Shown in pieces: positions 1 through 10,630 of a stretch of DNA of 64,000 nt. Location: positions 864,001-928,000 of the forward strand of contig CAXXOU010000001.1 in NCBI GenBank assembly GCA_963677495.2, given 5' to 3'. The notes beneath the pieces were generated by a model that saw only the letters and a list, made by a program, of their open reading frames with translations, did not search any database and was not told where the DNA came from. Source of the DNA: Candidatus Cloacimonadales bacterium (GTDB lineage: Bacteria > Cloacimonadota > Cloacimonadia > Cloacimonadales > JAFGVF01). The first letter of the stretch is position 1. Each line of letters begins with the position of its first letter. Made by a program: the position numbers and the translations under genes.

Positions 1-26
1 AGGTCTAGCGACCATTCCAAAGGTAC
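1..26 (-). repeat. Fragment of a dispersed REP-like palindrome (GTACCTTTGGAATGGTCGCAGACC family)
   Basis: The reverse complement gtacctttggaatggtcgctagacct matches the repeat at 31743-31779. Related copies lie at 31676, 31948, ~39510 and ~60693. Confidence 0.7.
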
Positions 27-136
27 GGATTGGTGTACTCCATACGTTTTAATCTAAATCTTTAAAGAAGATATTGACGGAAATAGAATAACAATCATAT
101 ACTTGTTGTAAGATAGCTGTTTTCATAGGAGGAGTT

Positions 137-3100
137 ATGATCAATAACCTTGTTCAAAGCAATATAGTTCATTTATTGAAAGGATTTAAGATAGAATCAG
201 GTGTTAGTTATCCAATCAATGCAGGAGTGCTGTTCCTTGATGTATGTTCATATACAAAGAAAACAGAGAAGGCAAGTAAGAAAGGACACTATGGCATAGA
301 AATAATAACCGGGATGTTGAACAGCTATTTTGATATGCTGGACAAAGTTATTCAAGATAATGATGGCTACATAGTTAAGTATGGTGGAGACGCTGTGCTT
401 GCCCTCTTCCCTATCTCAAATACTGATGATAAAAATATTATAAACAATCTTAATAATCAACTACCTCAAGCTCTTAAAACTCTTAACCTGGAGTTTAAAC
501 AAAGATACAATGAAGAGTTTCAGTATCATGCCGGATATGCTGAAGGAATATGCAATATAAACATTGTTGGAGATGAAAAATACCACCTTGATTATTACCT
601 TACGGGAAATTGTCTGGTTGATGCATATGAGTTAGCTGAACAGTCCGGATTTAACGAGATTTACGGAAAAAGTCCGGGTGAAGTAATTGAGAATCCTGAG
701 ATAGATAGATCCAATTACGATATTGTATCCAGTGATCTATTCATACCGGACGATATTAGGCAAAAACTATCTAGTGGTAAATTTACTGCAGAGCTAAGAA
801 ATACTGTTGTTCTCTTTCTTAAACTACATCCGAAAACAGGTGAAAATATTCCAAATGACGTTTATAATGATATCTATCTACGTATACAACGTATTGTATA
901 TGGTCTAAAGGGGATCATAAACAAGATTGATTTCAATGATAAAGGTTATCTACTACTAATCACTTTCGGGACGACAGCTATAAGCCACGATGATATAGAA
1001 AGAGGGTTTACTTGTGCATATAGAATTAAGAATAGCATTAGCGATTTGGTAGATTTCAAGATAGGTCTCACGCATAATAGCATCTATTCTGGTATTATTG
1101 GCAGTAAGCAACATCATGAATTCGGTATTATTGGTAATTCTGTAAATATTGCAGCCAGGTTGTTATCTGCGATTGCATTGGGAGGTATAGCTTTTACTGA
1201 AAATATTTATAAGAAAATTGAGACCAGATTTGAGTGTAATTATGTAAAAACTACTACTGTGAAAGGTATAAAAGACTCGATAAGGATATATAGCCTTATA
1301 GGTGAGATTTCAGAATATAGACGCCTTTATGAAACCTCCTTCAGAGATATGCAACAGATTGCTTACAAGGATGAAACAGATCGTGTAATCAATTCCATTT
1401 TTGCTGATTCAGGTAGTTGCTTCCAGATGATTGGAGAATCGGGCTCAGGTAAATCTTTCTTGGTTTATAGATTGATAATTGAATCAGGATTAGATAATGA
1501 ACAAGTTTGCTTGATTTCAGCTGATGAGTACAATAGCGAAAACAATTTAGAAATCATACGTCAGTTTCTTGCAAATTACTTTTCTACTAATGACATAATA
1601 AATGATATCGATTCTCTTCGTTCCTATTGCAACTCGAAAAAAATTAACGCTAATATTGAGATGATTAAAGAGTTTTTAGGAAATGGGATTCAAGGTGATT
1701 TTCTCTTCGAGGGAGAGCTTAGTTCCAGAAACAAGATTTGCATTGATCAGCTTACTCAGATTATAGTTGAAATACTGACGGATAAAAAACTTATGATTAT
1801 TGATAACCTTCATTGGTTTGATAATACATCGTTGGAAATAATACTAAAAGCTATTTCAATACTAGCTGATAATAATACAACTACGGTAGTTACTAGTCTG
1901 CAAGATATGAAGTTAGATAGTTACACATCAATTGAACTACAGTTCTTGAATAATGAGTTAACTGAGAAACTGGTTCTAACAAAAATTAAGAATCCAACAG
2001 CTGAAGCTTTAAACATTATTTATTCTATAAGCAATGGAAATCCATTGTTTATCATTGAGTTATGTAGGCTTATTCGTAGAAGCCTTCATGATGAATATGA
2101 GATACTTTCAGCACAGCATGTAAAGCAGTTTCTGATAGATGGAAAAGTAACAGATAGAGTTGCATCCTTTTTTATGAAAGAGTTTGATAATCTGGATGAA
2201 GAAACGCAACGTTTATTGAAATTCGCTTCCATTATTGGTAAAGCCTTCTCTCTTGATGAACTAAAAGAGATTTCAGGTGATAAGCTGACAGGTGAGATTC
2301 AGAATTTTATTGGTAACTTACAAAACCAGGGAGTGATTGCTCAAATTGATATTAACCCAACTCTTCTCTTTATATTTAATAACAAATTGATGCGTGAGAC
2401 TATTTACAGTTCAATTCTCAAATCTGAAAAGCTATCTCTTCATAGGAAACTGGGAGAGTATTATGAAAAGCAACTAAGTAGAAATATCATAAAAAACTTT
2501 GAGCTGGTTGCTACACATTATTACCTTGCAGAGATAGCTGATAAGACTGTTAATTATGCTGAATTAGCTGCCGAAAAGAACCTAAGATTAACAAACTACG
2601 CTGTCTCATTACACTATAACAGGATAGCAGTAAAACTTGCTGGAAAGACAAAAAAAGGATATGAGCTTAGGCTAAGTTTAATTGACCTGTTATTGAGATT
2701 GAGTGAAACAAATGAAGCAGAAACGTTGTTGAATAAGATTGATCAAGATGATTACTATCAAAAGTCTACTAGAATTAGCTATCTAAAAGCCAGACTTGCA
2801 ATATATAAATCTGAATACAACAAACTAGTAGATCTAGATGTAATACCTGATATTGAAGATATTTTTAGTGTTAAAACTTCATTATATAAGCTTGATGCTT
2901 ACAGGTTTACAGGAAGAATTAACGATTTTGATGCTCTTGCTTTATCTTTAAAACAACTATTTATTAGTAATAACAGAGATGATTATTTGGGAGAACTGCT
3001 TGCAATAGTCGGTCAAAACCTGATTTATAGAGGAGAATATTCCGATGCTATTAAGATGTATACACAAAAACTCAAGATTGCTAAAGTAAGAAAAGACTTT

Positions 3101-3871
3101 TATTCTATCAGGATGGCATATAGTTCTTTAGGAATAATAGCCTCACGTCAAGGTGATCAAGAACTAGCTGCTAAATACTATAATGAAGCAATATCTGCAG
3201 CAGATAGAAGCGGGGATAAAAACGGATATTCAAAAATAATGATGGATATTGGAGCTCTTTATAAAAATCAAAGTAGATTTGATGAAGCTGAAGAATATTA
3301 CAAGAAAAGTTTATCAACTGCTAAAGCAATAGGCAATAAGCAACAGGTTTCTTTAGTATTGTATAATATGGGGGAGATGCTTCTTTGGCAAGATAGGTAT
3401 GAGGAAGCACTTTCAATGTTCCTTAAGTCAAAAGATATCGCGATTTCACTTTTCGATGTAGTTTCTCTTAGTTATTGTGATGATGCAATTGGTGACTGCT
3501 ATTTCAGATTAAACAGATTCGATGAAGCTGAAAGCATATATAGGAGTAACGAGCAAAGACAGCTCAAAATTAACGATAGAGAAGGATTAGCACATACCTG
3601 GGGTAATCTTGGTAATATAGCTAAAACAAAGAAGAAATATGATGATGCTATATCTTATTATCGAAAACAAGAAGAATTACTATGTGAAATCGGAGATTTA
3701 GACGGTCAAGGACGATCTTTATTCAATTGGGCAATGATTCATATTTTATGTGATAATAAAGATAGTGCAGTCAAAAAACTTCAAAGAGCTAAAGATCTTT
3801 TCTCTAAATGTGGTGCGATTCAGTTAGTTGATTTTACAGCACAACAGATTGAAAAATTTTCTTCTGAGTAG
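137..3871 (+). CDS. Tandem class III nucleotide cyclase domains + STAND-type P-loop ATPase + TPR repeats (soluble adenylyl cyclase-like architecture)
   Basis: C1 motifs FLDVCSY and KYGGDA; C2 motifs NKIDFNDKG and GNSVNIAARL; Walker A GESGSGKS; Walker B IIDNLHWFD; GNPLF motif; C-terminal TPR-like repeats; RBS aggagg. Confidence 0.85.
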   Translation: MINNLVQSNIVHLLKGFKIESGVSYPINAGVLFLDVCSYTKKTEKASKKGHYGIEIITGMLNSYFDMLDKVIQDNDGYIVKYGGDAVLALFPISNTDDKNIINNLNNQLPQALKTLNLEFKQRYNEEFQYHAGYAEGICNINIVGDEKYHLDYYLTGNCLVDAYELAEQSGFNEIYGKSPGEVIENPEIDRSNYDIVSSDLFIPDDIRQKLSSGKFTAELRNTVVLFLKLHPKTGENIPNDVYNDIYLRIQRIVYGLKGIINKIDFNDKGYLLLITFGTTAISHDDIERGFTCAYRIKNSISDLVDFKIGLTHNSIYSGIIGSKQHHEFGIIGNSVNIAARLLSAIALGGIAFTENIYKKIETRFECNYVKTTTVKGIKDSIRIYSLIGEISEYRRLYETSFRDMQQIAYKDETDRVINSIFADSGSCFQMIGESGSGKSFLVYRLIIESGLDNEQVCLISADEYNSENNLEIIRQFLANYFSTNDIINDIDSLRSYCNSKKINANIEMIKEFLGNGIQGDFLFEGELSSRNKICIDQLTQIIVEILTDKKLMIIDNLHWFDNTSLEIILKAISILADNNTTTVVTSLQDMKLDSYTSIELQFLNNELTEKLVLTKIKNPTAEALNIIYSISNGNPLFIIELCRLIRRSLHDEYEILSAQHVKQFLIDGKVTDRVASFFMKEFDNLDEETQRLLKFASIIGKAFSLDELKEISGDKLTGEIQNFIGNLQNQGVIAQIDINPTLLFIFNNKLMRETIYSSILKSEKLSLHRKLGEYYEKQLSRNIIKNFELVATHYYLAEIADKTVNYAELAAEKNLRLTNYAVSLHYNRIAVKLAGKTKKGYELRLSLIDLLLRLSETNEAETLLNKIDQDDYYQKSTRISYLKARLAIYKSEYNKLVDLDVIPDIEDIFSVKTSLYKLDAYRFTGRINDFDALALSLKQLFISNNRDDYLGELLAIVGQNLIYRGEYSDAIKMYTQKLKIAKVRKDFYSIRMAYSSLGIIASRQGDQELAAKYYNEAISAADRSGDKNGYSKIMMDIGALYKNQSRFDEAEEYYKKSLSTAKAIGNKQQVSLVLYNMGEMLLWQDRYEEALSMFLKSKDIAISLFDVVSLSYCDDAIGDCYFRLNRFDEAESIYRSNEQRQLKINDREGLAHTWGNLGNIAKTKKKYDDAISYYRKQEELLCEIGDLDGQGRSLFNWAMIHILCDNKDSAVKKLQRAKDLFSKCGAIQLVDFTAQQIEKFSSE

Positions 3872-4089
3872 TATGTTCTCGCTAAGAGAATATTATATAG
3901 AATCTAACCATATCTAACAAATTTTGGATGGATGAATGCATTTCATGCAAAAAAAGAGCTTTTTAAAAATCCTCTCTTTAAAAGCTACCAAACAGTCACT
4001 TATAATGTTTGTCTACAAAGTGATTGTAAAAAATAATACACACATTCTTAATTTATTTCTAACTCTTTGTTTTTTATGTTACTTATGAG

Positions 4090-4205
4090 TTATTCACATA
4101 ATGTGAGTGTTTTAAACTAGAAATGTATCATATTATTTTGCAATATATTAGCGAATAAGTAAACTTAATATACAGAGAGTTTGCGCAAGTTATCCACACT
4201 TGACA
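4090..4205 (+). promoter_or_regulatory. dnaA promoter region with DnaA boxes (probable autoregulation)
   Basis: TTATTCACA at 4090-4098 and a perfect TTATCCACA at 4190-4198, next to TTGACA at 4200-4205. Confidence 0.7.
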
Positions 4206-4294
4206 AAACGTAATCTAAAGCAATTTTTGAGACATCTTGGCATTTATAAAAATCCAATATAAAAAGATAAATTTTAGACGGTGGTATCATTAAA

Positions 4295-5629
4295 ATGAAT
4301 AGTGAATTGTGGAACAATGTACTACAACAACTTGAAGAGAATGTTAAACCTCAAACTTACAGAACTTGGTTTAATGATTCTCAATTCGTGTCTTTAAAAG
4401 ACAACCTTTTGATAGTTAAGGTGCAAACTGACTTTGCAGCAAACTACCTTAACAAAAACTATGAGAAATTGATTAGAGAGATTCTTTCAAGCCTTTACAA
4501 TGAAAAGTATCAAATTAGGTTTGTAAGCAAAATTGCTCAACCCAAAAAAGAATCTAGCTCAGAGAAAACAAACGGGATAGATACAGTTAGTCCAAATCAT
4601 AAGTTAAGAGAAAGATATAACTTTGATGAATTTGTTGTAGGTAAGAATAATAATTTTGCTTATTCAGCAGCTTTAGGAGTAGCAGAGAATCCGGGCAGAA
4701 ACTATAATCCTCTTTTCATTTACGGTGAATCAGGAATGGGTAAAACCCATCTTATGCAGGCTATTGGTAGTTTTGCTCTAGAAAATGATGAAGAGCTAGT
4801 TGTTTATTATACAACAACAGAAACCTTTACTAATGAGATGATTGAAGCTATTCAAACTAATAGTATGCACAAATTTAGGGCTAAATATAGAAATGTAGAT
4901 ATTCTACTCGTTGATGACATTCATTTCTTATCCAGAAAAGAGGGTACTCAGGAAGAATTCTTCCATACTTTTAACGCTCTACTAGAAAACAAAAAACAAA
5001 TAGTACTTACAAGTGATAGACCACCAAAAGATATTGAGGATCTTGAAAAGAGACTTGTAACAAGATTTGAAAGTGGTCTGTTAGCTGACCTTAAGAGTCC
5101 TGATTTTGAAACTCGTGTAGCTATCTTAAATAAGAAAATTGAAACAGAATCGTTCTTTTTACCACAAGATGTGATATCATACATAGCTGAGAATATCTAT
5201 ACTAGCGTTAGAGCATTAGAGGGATCTTTAATTAGAATTATTGCCCATACTTCATTTAACAAAATAGATCCTGAAGAGATTACTATTAATATGATAAGTT
5301 CAGTATTGTCTGACTTAATCTCACAAAAGAAACAGGAAATTACTCTCGATAAAGTGCTTGAAACTGTATCATTAAAATATGGTATCCCCCAACAACAGCT
5401 TTTGGATAAAACACGTAAGAAAAACATAGCATTTCCAAGACATGTAGCTATGTATTTATCCAATATCCTAATTCCATCTTTATCGCTAAAAGATATCGCT
5501 ACGTTCTTCAAAAGAAAGGATCATACTACAGTTATCCACGCTAAAGTAAACATTGAAAGTAAGTTTAAAGCTGACCCTGATTTCCGTAGTGAAATTGAAA
5601 CAATAATTGCTGATATAAGAGATATTTAA
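4295..5629 (+). CDS. dnaA: Chromosomal replication initiator protein DnaA
   Basis: YNPLFIYGESGMGKTHL, LLVDDIHFL, QEEFFHTFN, SDRPP, and domain IV RKDHTTVIHA. Confidence 0.99.
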   Translation: MNSELWNNVLQQLEENVKPQTYRTWFNDSQFVSLKDNLLIVKVQTDFAANYLNKNYEKLIREILSSLYNEKYQIRFVSKIAQPKKESSSEKTNGIDTVSPNHKLRERYNFDEFVVGKNNNFAYSAALGVAENPGRNYNPLFIYGESGMGKTHLMQAIGSFALENDEELVVYYTTTETFTNEMIEAIQTNSMHKFRAKYRNVDILLVDDIHFLSRKEGTQEEFFHTFNALLENKKQIVLTSDRPPKDIEDLEKRLVTRFESGLLADLKSPDFETRVAILNKKIETESFFLPQDVISYIAENIYTSVRALEGSLIRIIAHTSFNKIDPEEITINMISSVLSDLISQKKQEITLDKVLETVSLKYGIPQQQLLDKTRKKNIAFPRHVAMYLSNILIPSLSLKDIATFFKRKDHTTVIHAKVNIESKFKADPDFRSEIETIIADIRDI

Positions 5630-5660
5630 AGTCTTGCTATGCAAGGCTTTATTTTTTTTA
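5627..5660 (+). terminator. Putative intrinsic terminator after dnaA
   Basis: Hairpin taaagtcttgc-tat-gcaaggcttta followed by a T-rich tract. Confidence 0.6.
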
Positions 5661-5669
5661 TTTATAAAG

Positions 5670-5900
5670 TTATCCACAAGTTAACGGAAAACTATGTTAA
5701 TAACTGTTTATAAGTAGTGAATAAGTAGTTATCTAGAAAACTCTGTGGATAATTTGTGTATAAGTTTTTAGTTATGCACATACTACTCACTTAGGTCTGA
5801 GAAACGCAACTAATGAAAAATAAAGCTTTACAAAATTTATTAATGACTTTTCAACAAATCCACACACCCTACTACTACTACTGTTTTTTTAATATTAATA
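5670..5900. other. Replication origin oriC (DnaA-box cluster, DnaA-trio, AT-rich tract)
   Basis: TTATCCACA 5670-5678, TGTGGATAA 5744-5752, TGTGTATAA 5755-5763, TTATGCACA 5772-5780. Degenerate tandem boxes 5848-5864, then a C-rich spacer, (CTA)n trios 5869-5882 and an AT-rich run. Confidence 0.85.
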
Positions 5901-5912
5901 GGAGAATTAATA

Positions 5913-7157
5913 ATGTATAGAATAAGGATTATTCTTAGCATCTTAGTGCTACTTACTATCATAACTGCTTGTCAGAATGACAGAAACACAATAGGTACAG
6001 GATTGGAAACAGAACTCCCAATCGTTGGAGAAACTTTCATAGATTCTTTATTATCATATAGTTACGATAGTGAAATGATTATTTATAGTGGGGAAACATC
6101 AGTTTTATGTTCCAATCATGAGGAGATAGAGTCTATTGTTTTAATGAACTTCTATAATATGCCAACTGAAATGGATTCTTTGGGTGATGCTATACTCAAG
6201 TTTAAGATTAATGAAGACAAATCTGATTTTTCTATAGATAATTTAACATTAGGATTGATTAAAAGAAATTGGAGTGAAACAGCTACCTGGGAATCTCCAT
6301 ATCCTGATTCAACTGATGTTACTTGGGATGTTACTTCAGAGTTAATGATAGATAGAGATTATTGTTCAAATTCATTTAGTGTCGAAGAAGATAGTCTTGG
6401 AATAACTATCCCAAAAGATTTGATTGAAGATTGGGTGCTCGAAGATATCAATGGCTATAACTTAGCTCTTATCATTGATTCAGGATACATACTTATACAG
6501 TCATCGGAAACAAGTAATGGTCCAAACCTAAGTTTCGATTACAAAACTGATGATGAGACAGACGAATACAGCAGTGAATGTCTGTATGACACATACATCA
6601 TAGAAGAAAAAATAGATAAGCAGACTTATGATAATCAACTCTTTCTTCAAAACATTCTACCTGTTAGAAGTTTTATCGGTTTTGACATAGATAAAGCAAT
6701 TCTCAATATACCCGGTATTAATGAAGACAACAAAAAGTTCGTACTGCTAAATAAAGCTGAACTAGTATTCACTATAGACAAAGAGAATTCAGCATACTAT
6801 TCTGAAGATATAGAAACGTATGATGAGTTAGAAGTTGATATTCTTTGGCCTGAAAATGAGATTGATTCTCCAACTGTAATTCAAAATGACGATTTAGAGG
6901 CTTCTTTGGATGATATACCTTATCCATACTACCTTTTAGAGTCTTCTACCGTAGAATTGGCCGATTCTTTAGCTACAATCGATATTTCTCCTATAGTTGA
7001 AAACTATTTAAAAGATAGAATTGATAATCATGGTTTTGTTCTTTATAATGTTGATGAAGATATCTTTTTCGGTAAGATTTCTTTATACGGTTTTGATGCA
7101 ACAGATGAATTAAAACCAAAGTTAAAGGTGATTTACACAATTCCAGAGGTTGAATAG
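5913..7157 (+). CDS. Acidic lipoprotein of unknown function (DUF4270/DNRLRE-like)
   Basis: Lipobox-like IITAC, very acidic 414 aa, NHGFVL...PKLKVIY C-terminal motif, RBS aggag. Confidence 0.55.
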   Translation: MYRIRIILSILVLLTIITACQNDRNTIGTGLETELPIVGETFIDSLLSYSYDSEMIIYSGETSVLCSNHEEIESIVLMNFYNMPTEMDSLGDAILKFKINEDKSDFSIDNLTLGLIKRNWSETATWESPYPDSTDVTWDVTSELMIDRDYCSNSFSVEEDSLGITIPKDLIEDWVLEDINGYNLALIIDSGYILIQSSETSNGPNLSFDYKTDDETDEYSSECLYDTYIIEEKIDKQTYDNQLFLQNILPVRSFIGFDIDKAILNIPGINEDNKKFVLLNKAELVFTIDKENSAYYSEDIETYDELEVDILWPENEIDSPTVIQNDDLEASLDDIPYPYYLLESSTVELADSLATIDISPIVENYLKDRIDNHGFVLYNVDEDIFFGKISLYGFDATDELKPKLKVIYTIPEVE

Positions 7158-7159
7158 TA

Positions 7160-7954
7160 GTGAGATATTTTATTACATTTCTACTTGCATTAAGTCTGTT
7201 AACAGCCTGCAGTAGGGATGATTCTCAAGTTGTTGCTAAAGTAGGTGAGAAAGTTCTGACTCTTAATGATTTAAAATCATTTTATACAGAATCAGAATGG
7301 GAAACTGTGACAAATGAAGAGAAACGTAAAGTAGTCAGGAACTGGATGGATCTTCAAGCATTAGCTAAATATGCAGATGAAAAGAAACTTTCTGATGAAG
7401 ATGCTGTAAAAATAAAAATGGATGTAGCAATTAATAAGGCAAAAGCAAACGCTTTATTAGCTAGTGAAATCAATAAAATACGCATTACTGAAGATGAATT
7501 GTTTAATTATTACAAGATTCATCAGGGAGAGTATAAGTCAAAAATAGAAGCTTTTAAAGTCCAAAGAATATATGTTAAGTCTGATACATTACTTGCAACA
7601 GTGCAAGAGCGTTTAAAGAGTAAAGAGAACTTCACAGAACTGGCAAAAGAATACTCTCAAGAAAGAATTGGTAGTAGTGGAGGATATTTAGGTTGGGTAA
7701 ACGAAAAAGATGAAGATTTGACAATGTTTAATAGTGTAAAAAACTTGAAACTATATCAGTATAATACCATTAATGCTAATAATGGATATTACATAGTTAG
7801 ATATTATAAAAGAAAACAGATTGACGTTGATGTCAGATATGAGTCTATAAAAGAGGAACTTAGAGATAAGTTATTCAATGAGAAGAAAGAGAAGATCTAT
7901 AATGAACTTTTAAGGTCTTTGAAGAATAGTTATGATATGTCACTCTCTTTTTAA
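7160..7954 (+). CDS. PpiC/parvulin-type peptidyl-prolyl isomerase lipoprotein
   Basis: Lipobox LLTAC, VVAKVGEK, rotamase motif FTELAKEYS...GGYLGW. Confidence 0.8.
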   Translation: MRYFITFLLALSLLTACSRDDSQVVAKVGEKVLTLNDLKSFYTESEWETVTNEEKRKVVRNWMDLQALAKYADEKKLSDEDAVKIKMDVAINKAKANALLASEINKIRITEDELFNYYKIHQGEYKSKIEAFKVQRIYVKSDTLLATVQERLKSKENFTELAKEYSQERIGSSGGYLGWVNEKDEDLTMFNSVKNLKLYQYNTINANNGYYIVRYYKRKQIDVDVRYESIKEELRDKLFNEKKEKIYNELLRSLKNSYDMSLSF

Positions 7955-7963
7955 GGAATTATT

Positions 7964-9220
7964 ATGAAGAAATTATTGATTATTACAGGAATATTAATGT
8001 TGCAATTACTTCTATTTGCAGAGGTAGTTGATCGAATTGTTGCCAAAGTAGGTGATGAAATAGTTCTCTATAGTGAGCTTGTTATGCAAAGAGATCAGAT
8101 GAAAGAGGCTAAAATAATGCCTGATTCATATTCTTTGCAAGACGTTTTGAATGACATGATAGAAGCAAAGCTTATTATTCAAAAAGCTAAACTTTTAGAC
8201 TATGGTGTAGATGAAGAACGAATTAATTCTATGGTAGACCAGAGATTTAAAGAAATTCAAAGACAGTTTGAAAATGAGACAATGTTCAACAAATGGTTGC
8301 GTGAAAACAAATGGACTAAATCTGACATGAAGAAATACTTCTATGATATGTTCAATGAGCAATTTCTTAAAGAACAGATTATCAATAATGAGATTAAAAG
8401 TAAGACAGAAATATCTGACCCGGAATTAGAAGAATATTACGATAACCATAAAGATGAACTTCCAGAAAGACCGGAGATGGTTGAACTTGGGATGATAATG
8501 CGTACAATCTCTGCTAGTGATGAGACAAAAAAGATTAAACTAACAGAGATAAATAAGGTTATGGAACTACTGAATAATGGAGCTGACTTCGCTGAATTAG
8601 CAAAAATTGAAAGTGAAGGTCCAAGTGGAGCCAATGGGGGAGACCTTGGTTTCTTCGGACGTGGTATGATGGTTAAACCTTTTGAAGATGCTGCGTTTGA
8701 TTTACAACCCGGACAGATTAGTGAAGTTGTAGAAACAAGATTTGGATATCATGTGATAAAACTTGAAGAGAAGAAGGATGATGAAGTTTCTTGTCGCCAT
8801 ATCTTAAAAATCATTGAACCATCTCATATTGACTCAGTAGCTACAAAAGAGCTCATGTTTGGATTAGTCGATAAACTTGATTCAGGAGAGAGCTTTGCTG
8901 AATTAGCCAGGACATATAGTGAAGATGATTCCTCGGCTGTAAAAGGTGGATCTATTGGTGAGTACCCTCCTGATCAGTTCCCTGAATTATTTAAAGAGTA
9001 TCTGGAAAGTATTGAAATTGGTGAACACACTAATGTCGTTCAGAATGGAGATATCCTCTATATTTTTTCTAAGCTTAAATCAGTTCCTTCAAGAAAGTAC
9101 AACTATACTGAAATCAAAGATATTCTTAGAAAACAAGCTATGAATGAAAAAATGCAAGATATGTTAGATGAGTTTATAAAAGGTCTGAAAGAAGAGATAT
9201 ACGTGGAAACAAATTTATGA
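7964..9220 (+). CDS. surA: SurA-like chaperone/PPIase with two rotamase domains
   Basis: VVDRIVAKVG N-domain; FAELAK...GGDLGFF...FEDAAF...ETRFGYHVIK; second FAELARTYSED domain. Confidence 0.85.
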   Translation: MKKLLIITGILMLQLLLFAEVVDRIVAKVGDEIVLYSELVMQRDQMKEAKIMPDSYSLQDVLNDMIEAKLIIQKAKLLDYGVDEERINSMVDQRFKEIQRQFENETMFNKWLRENKWTKSDMKKYFYDMFNEQFLKEQIINNEIKSKTEISDPELEEYYDNHKDELPERPEMVELGMIMRTISASDETKKIKLTEINKVMELLNNGADFAELAKIESEGPSGANGGDLGFFGRGMMVKPFEDAAFDLQPGQISEVVETRFGYHVIKLEEKKDDEVSCRHILKIIEPSHIDSVATKELMFGLVDKLDSGESFAELARTYSEDDSSAVKGGSIGEYPPDQFPELFKEYLESIEIGEHTNVVQNGDILYIFSKLKSVPSRKYNYTEIKDILRKQAMNEKMQDMLDEFIKGLKEEIYVETNL

Positions 9221-9726
9221 AGAGAAAACTAGCTGTATTATTCTCTACTCTTTTTGGGGTAGGCTATATTCCATTTGCACCCGGTACTTTTGGAACAGCT
9301 GTTACTGCGATTGGATACTATCTCTTTATGAGAAGATATTCATTTGAAATTCCTGATTATCTGCTCAATATATATATACTAATAACAGCTGCTATTTTAT
9401 TCATTTTAGGTGTGATTTCATCTTCTGAGGCTGAGAAAAGCCTGGGACATGATAGCGGTAAAATTGTAATAGATGAAGTTGTTGGTTACTTAATTTCGAT
9501 AATCTTCTTACCTTCTGTAGTTGTAGGGAGATTATGGTTAGTAGTTATATACTCATTTGTTTTATTTAGAGTTTTTGATATTGGAAAACCCTGGCCTATA
9601 AGCAAATCACAGTCTTTGAAATCTGGCTGGGGAATAATGATAGATGATGTTATTGCCGGTATTTTTGCTAACATTCTGGCACAGATTATTATTAGAATCT
9701 ATCCAAATTTCTTTGGAATTTATTAA
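9217..9726 (+). CDS. pgpA: Phosphatidylglycerophosphatase A
   Basis: APGTFGT, DSGKIVIDEVVG, FRVFDIGKPWPI, GIMIDDVIAG. Confidence 0.95.
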   Translation: MKRKLAVLFSTLFGVGYIPFAPGTFGTAVTAIGYYLFMRRYSFEIPDYLLNIYILITAAILFILGVISSSEAEKSLGHDSGKIVIDEVVGYLISIIFLPSVVVGRLWLVVIYSFVLFRVFDIGKPWPISKSQSLKSGWGIMIDDVIAGIFANILAQIIIRIYPNFFGIY

Positions 9727-9739
9727 TTAAGGAGTTATA

Positions 9740-10072
9740 ATGGAACTTATATTATTACAGGCAGCGCAAGCTACTCCAGCAGCCGGAGCACAAAACCCAA
9801 TTATGGGTTTCTTACCTTTTATCTTAATGATTGTTGTTTTTTACTTCCTGCTAATCAGACCTCAGCAGAAAAAACAAAAAGAGCATCAAAAGTTAATTGA
9901 TGGAGTTCAAGTGCATGATAAAGTTATCATTTCAGGTGGAATTTATGCTAAAGTAATGACTATCAAAAATGATAAAGGTACTATAGTTGTGGAAATTGAT
10001 GAGACTAATAAAACCAAAATGGAAGTACAAAAGTCATCAATAGTTACTGTTTTACCTAAAAACGAATCATAA
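9740..10072 (+). CDS. yajC: Preprotein translocase subunit YajC
   Basis: FYFLLIRPQQKKQKEH and DKVIISGGI. Confidence 0.97.
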   Translation: MELILLQAAQATPAAGAQNPIMGFLPFILMIVVFYFLLIRPQQKKQKEHQKLIDGVQVHDKVIISGGIYAKVMTIKNDKGTIVVEIDETNKTKMEVQKSSIVTVLPKNES

Positions 10073-10081
10073 GGTGATGTA

Positions 10082-10630
10082 ATGGCTAAAGCTAATCTTT
10101 TACCAATAAGAATTATTGGTGATGATGTTTTAAAACAAGTTGCAAAGCCTATTGTGAGCTTTGACGATGATTTAAATGATTTCATTCGTGACTTGATTTA
10201 TACAATGTATGAGCGTGATGGGGTTGGATTAGCTGCACCTCAAGTCGGTAGATCTCTTAGAATGTTTGCAATGGATCCTTTCTGGGCAGATGGAGAATCT
10301 AAGAAAAATCCTATTGTTATGATCAATCCTGAGATAATACATAAGTCTGGTGAGCAGGTTTGCGAAGAAGGATGTATCAGTGTTCCAGATATTTTCGATA
10401 AAGTTGATAGATATCAGAAAATCATTGTTCACTTTTTAAATGAAGATGGGGAAGAGATGGAGTTGGAAGCTGAAGACTTTATTGCTGATGTTATTCAACA
10501 TGAATATGACCATCTTGATGGTATTCTCTTCACTGACAGACTTACAAAGATTAAACGATTGCCCCATATTCCAAAAATTAGAAGATTAAAGGCTTCAACG
10601 AATGAAAATGGAGAAAACATTAAGTTCTAA
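10082..10630 (+). CDS. def: Peptide deformylase
   Basis: GVGLAAPQVG, EGCISVP, QHEYDHLDG. Confidence 0.98.
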   Translation: MAKANLLPIRIIGDDVLKQVAKPIVSFDDDLNDFIRDLIYTMYERDGVGLAAPQVGRSLRMFAMDPFWADGESKKNPIVMINPEIIHKSGEQVCEEGCISVPDIFDKVDRYQKIIVHFLNEDGEEMELEAEDFIADVIQHEYDHLDGILFTDRLTKIKRLPHIPKIRRLKASTNENGENIKF

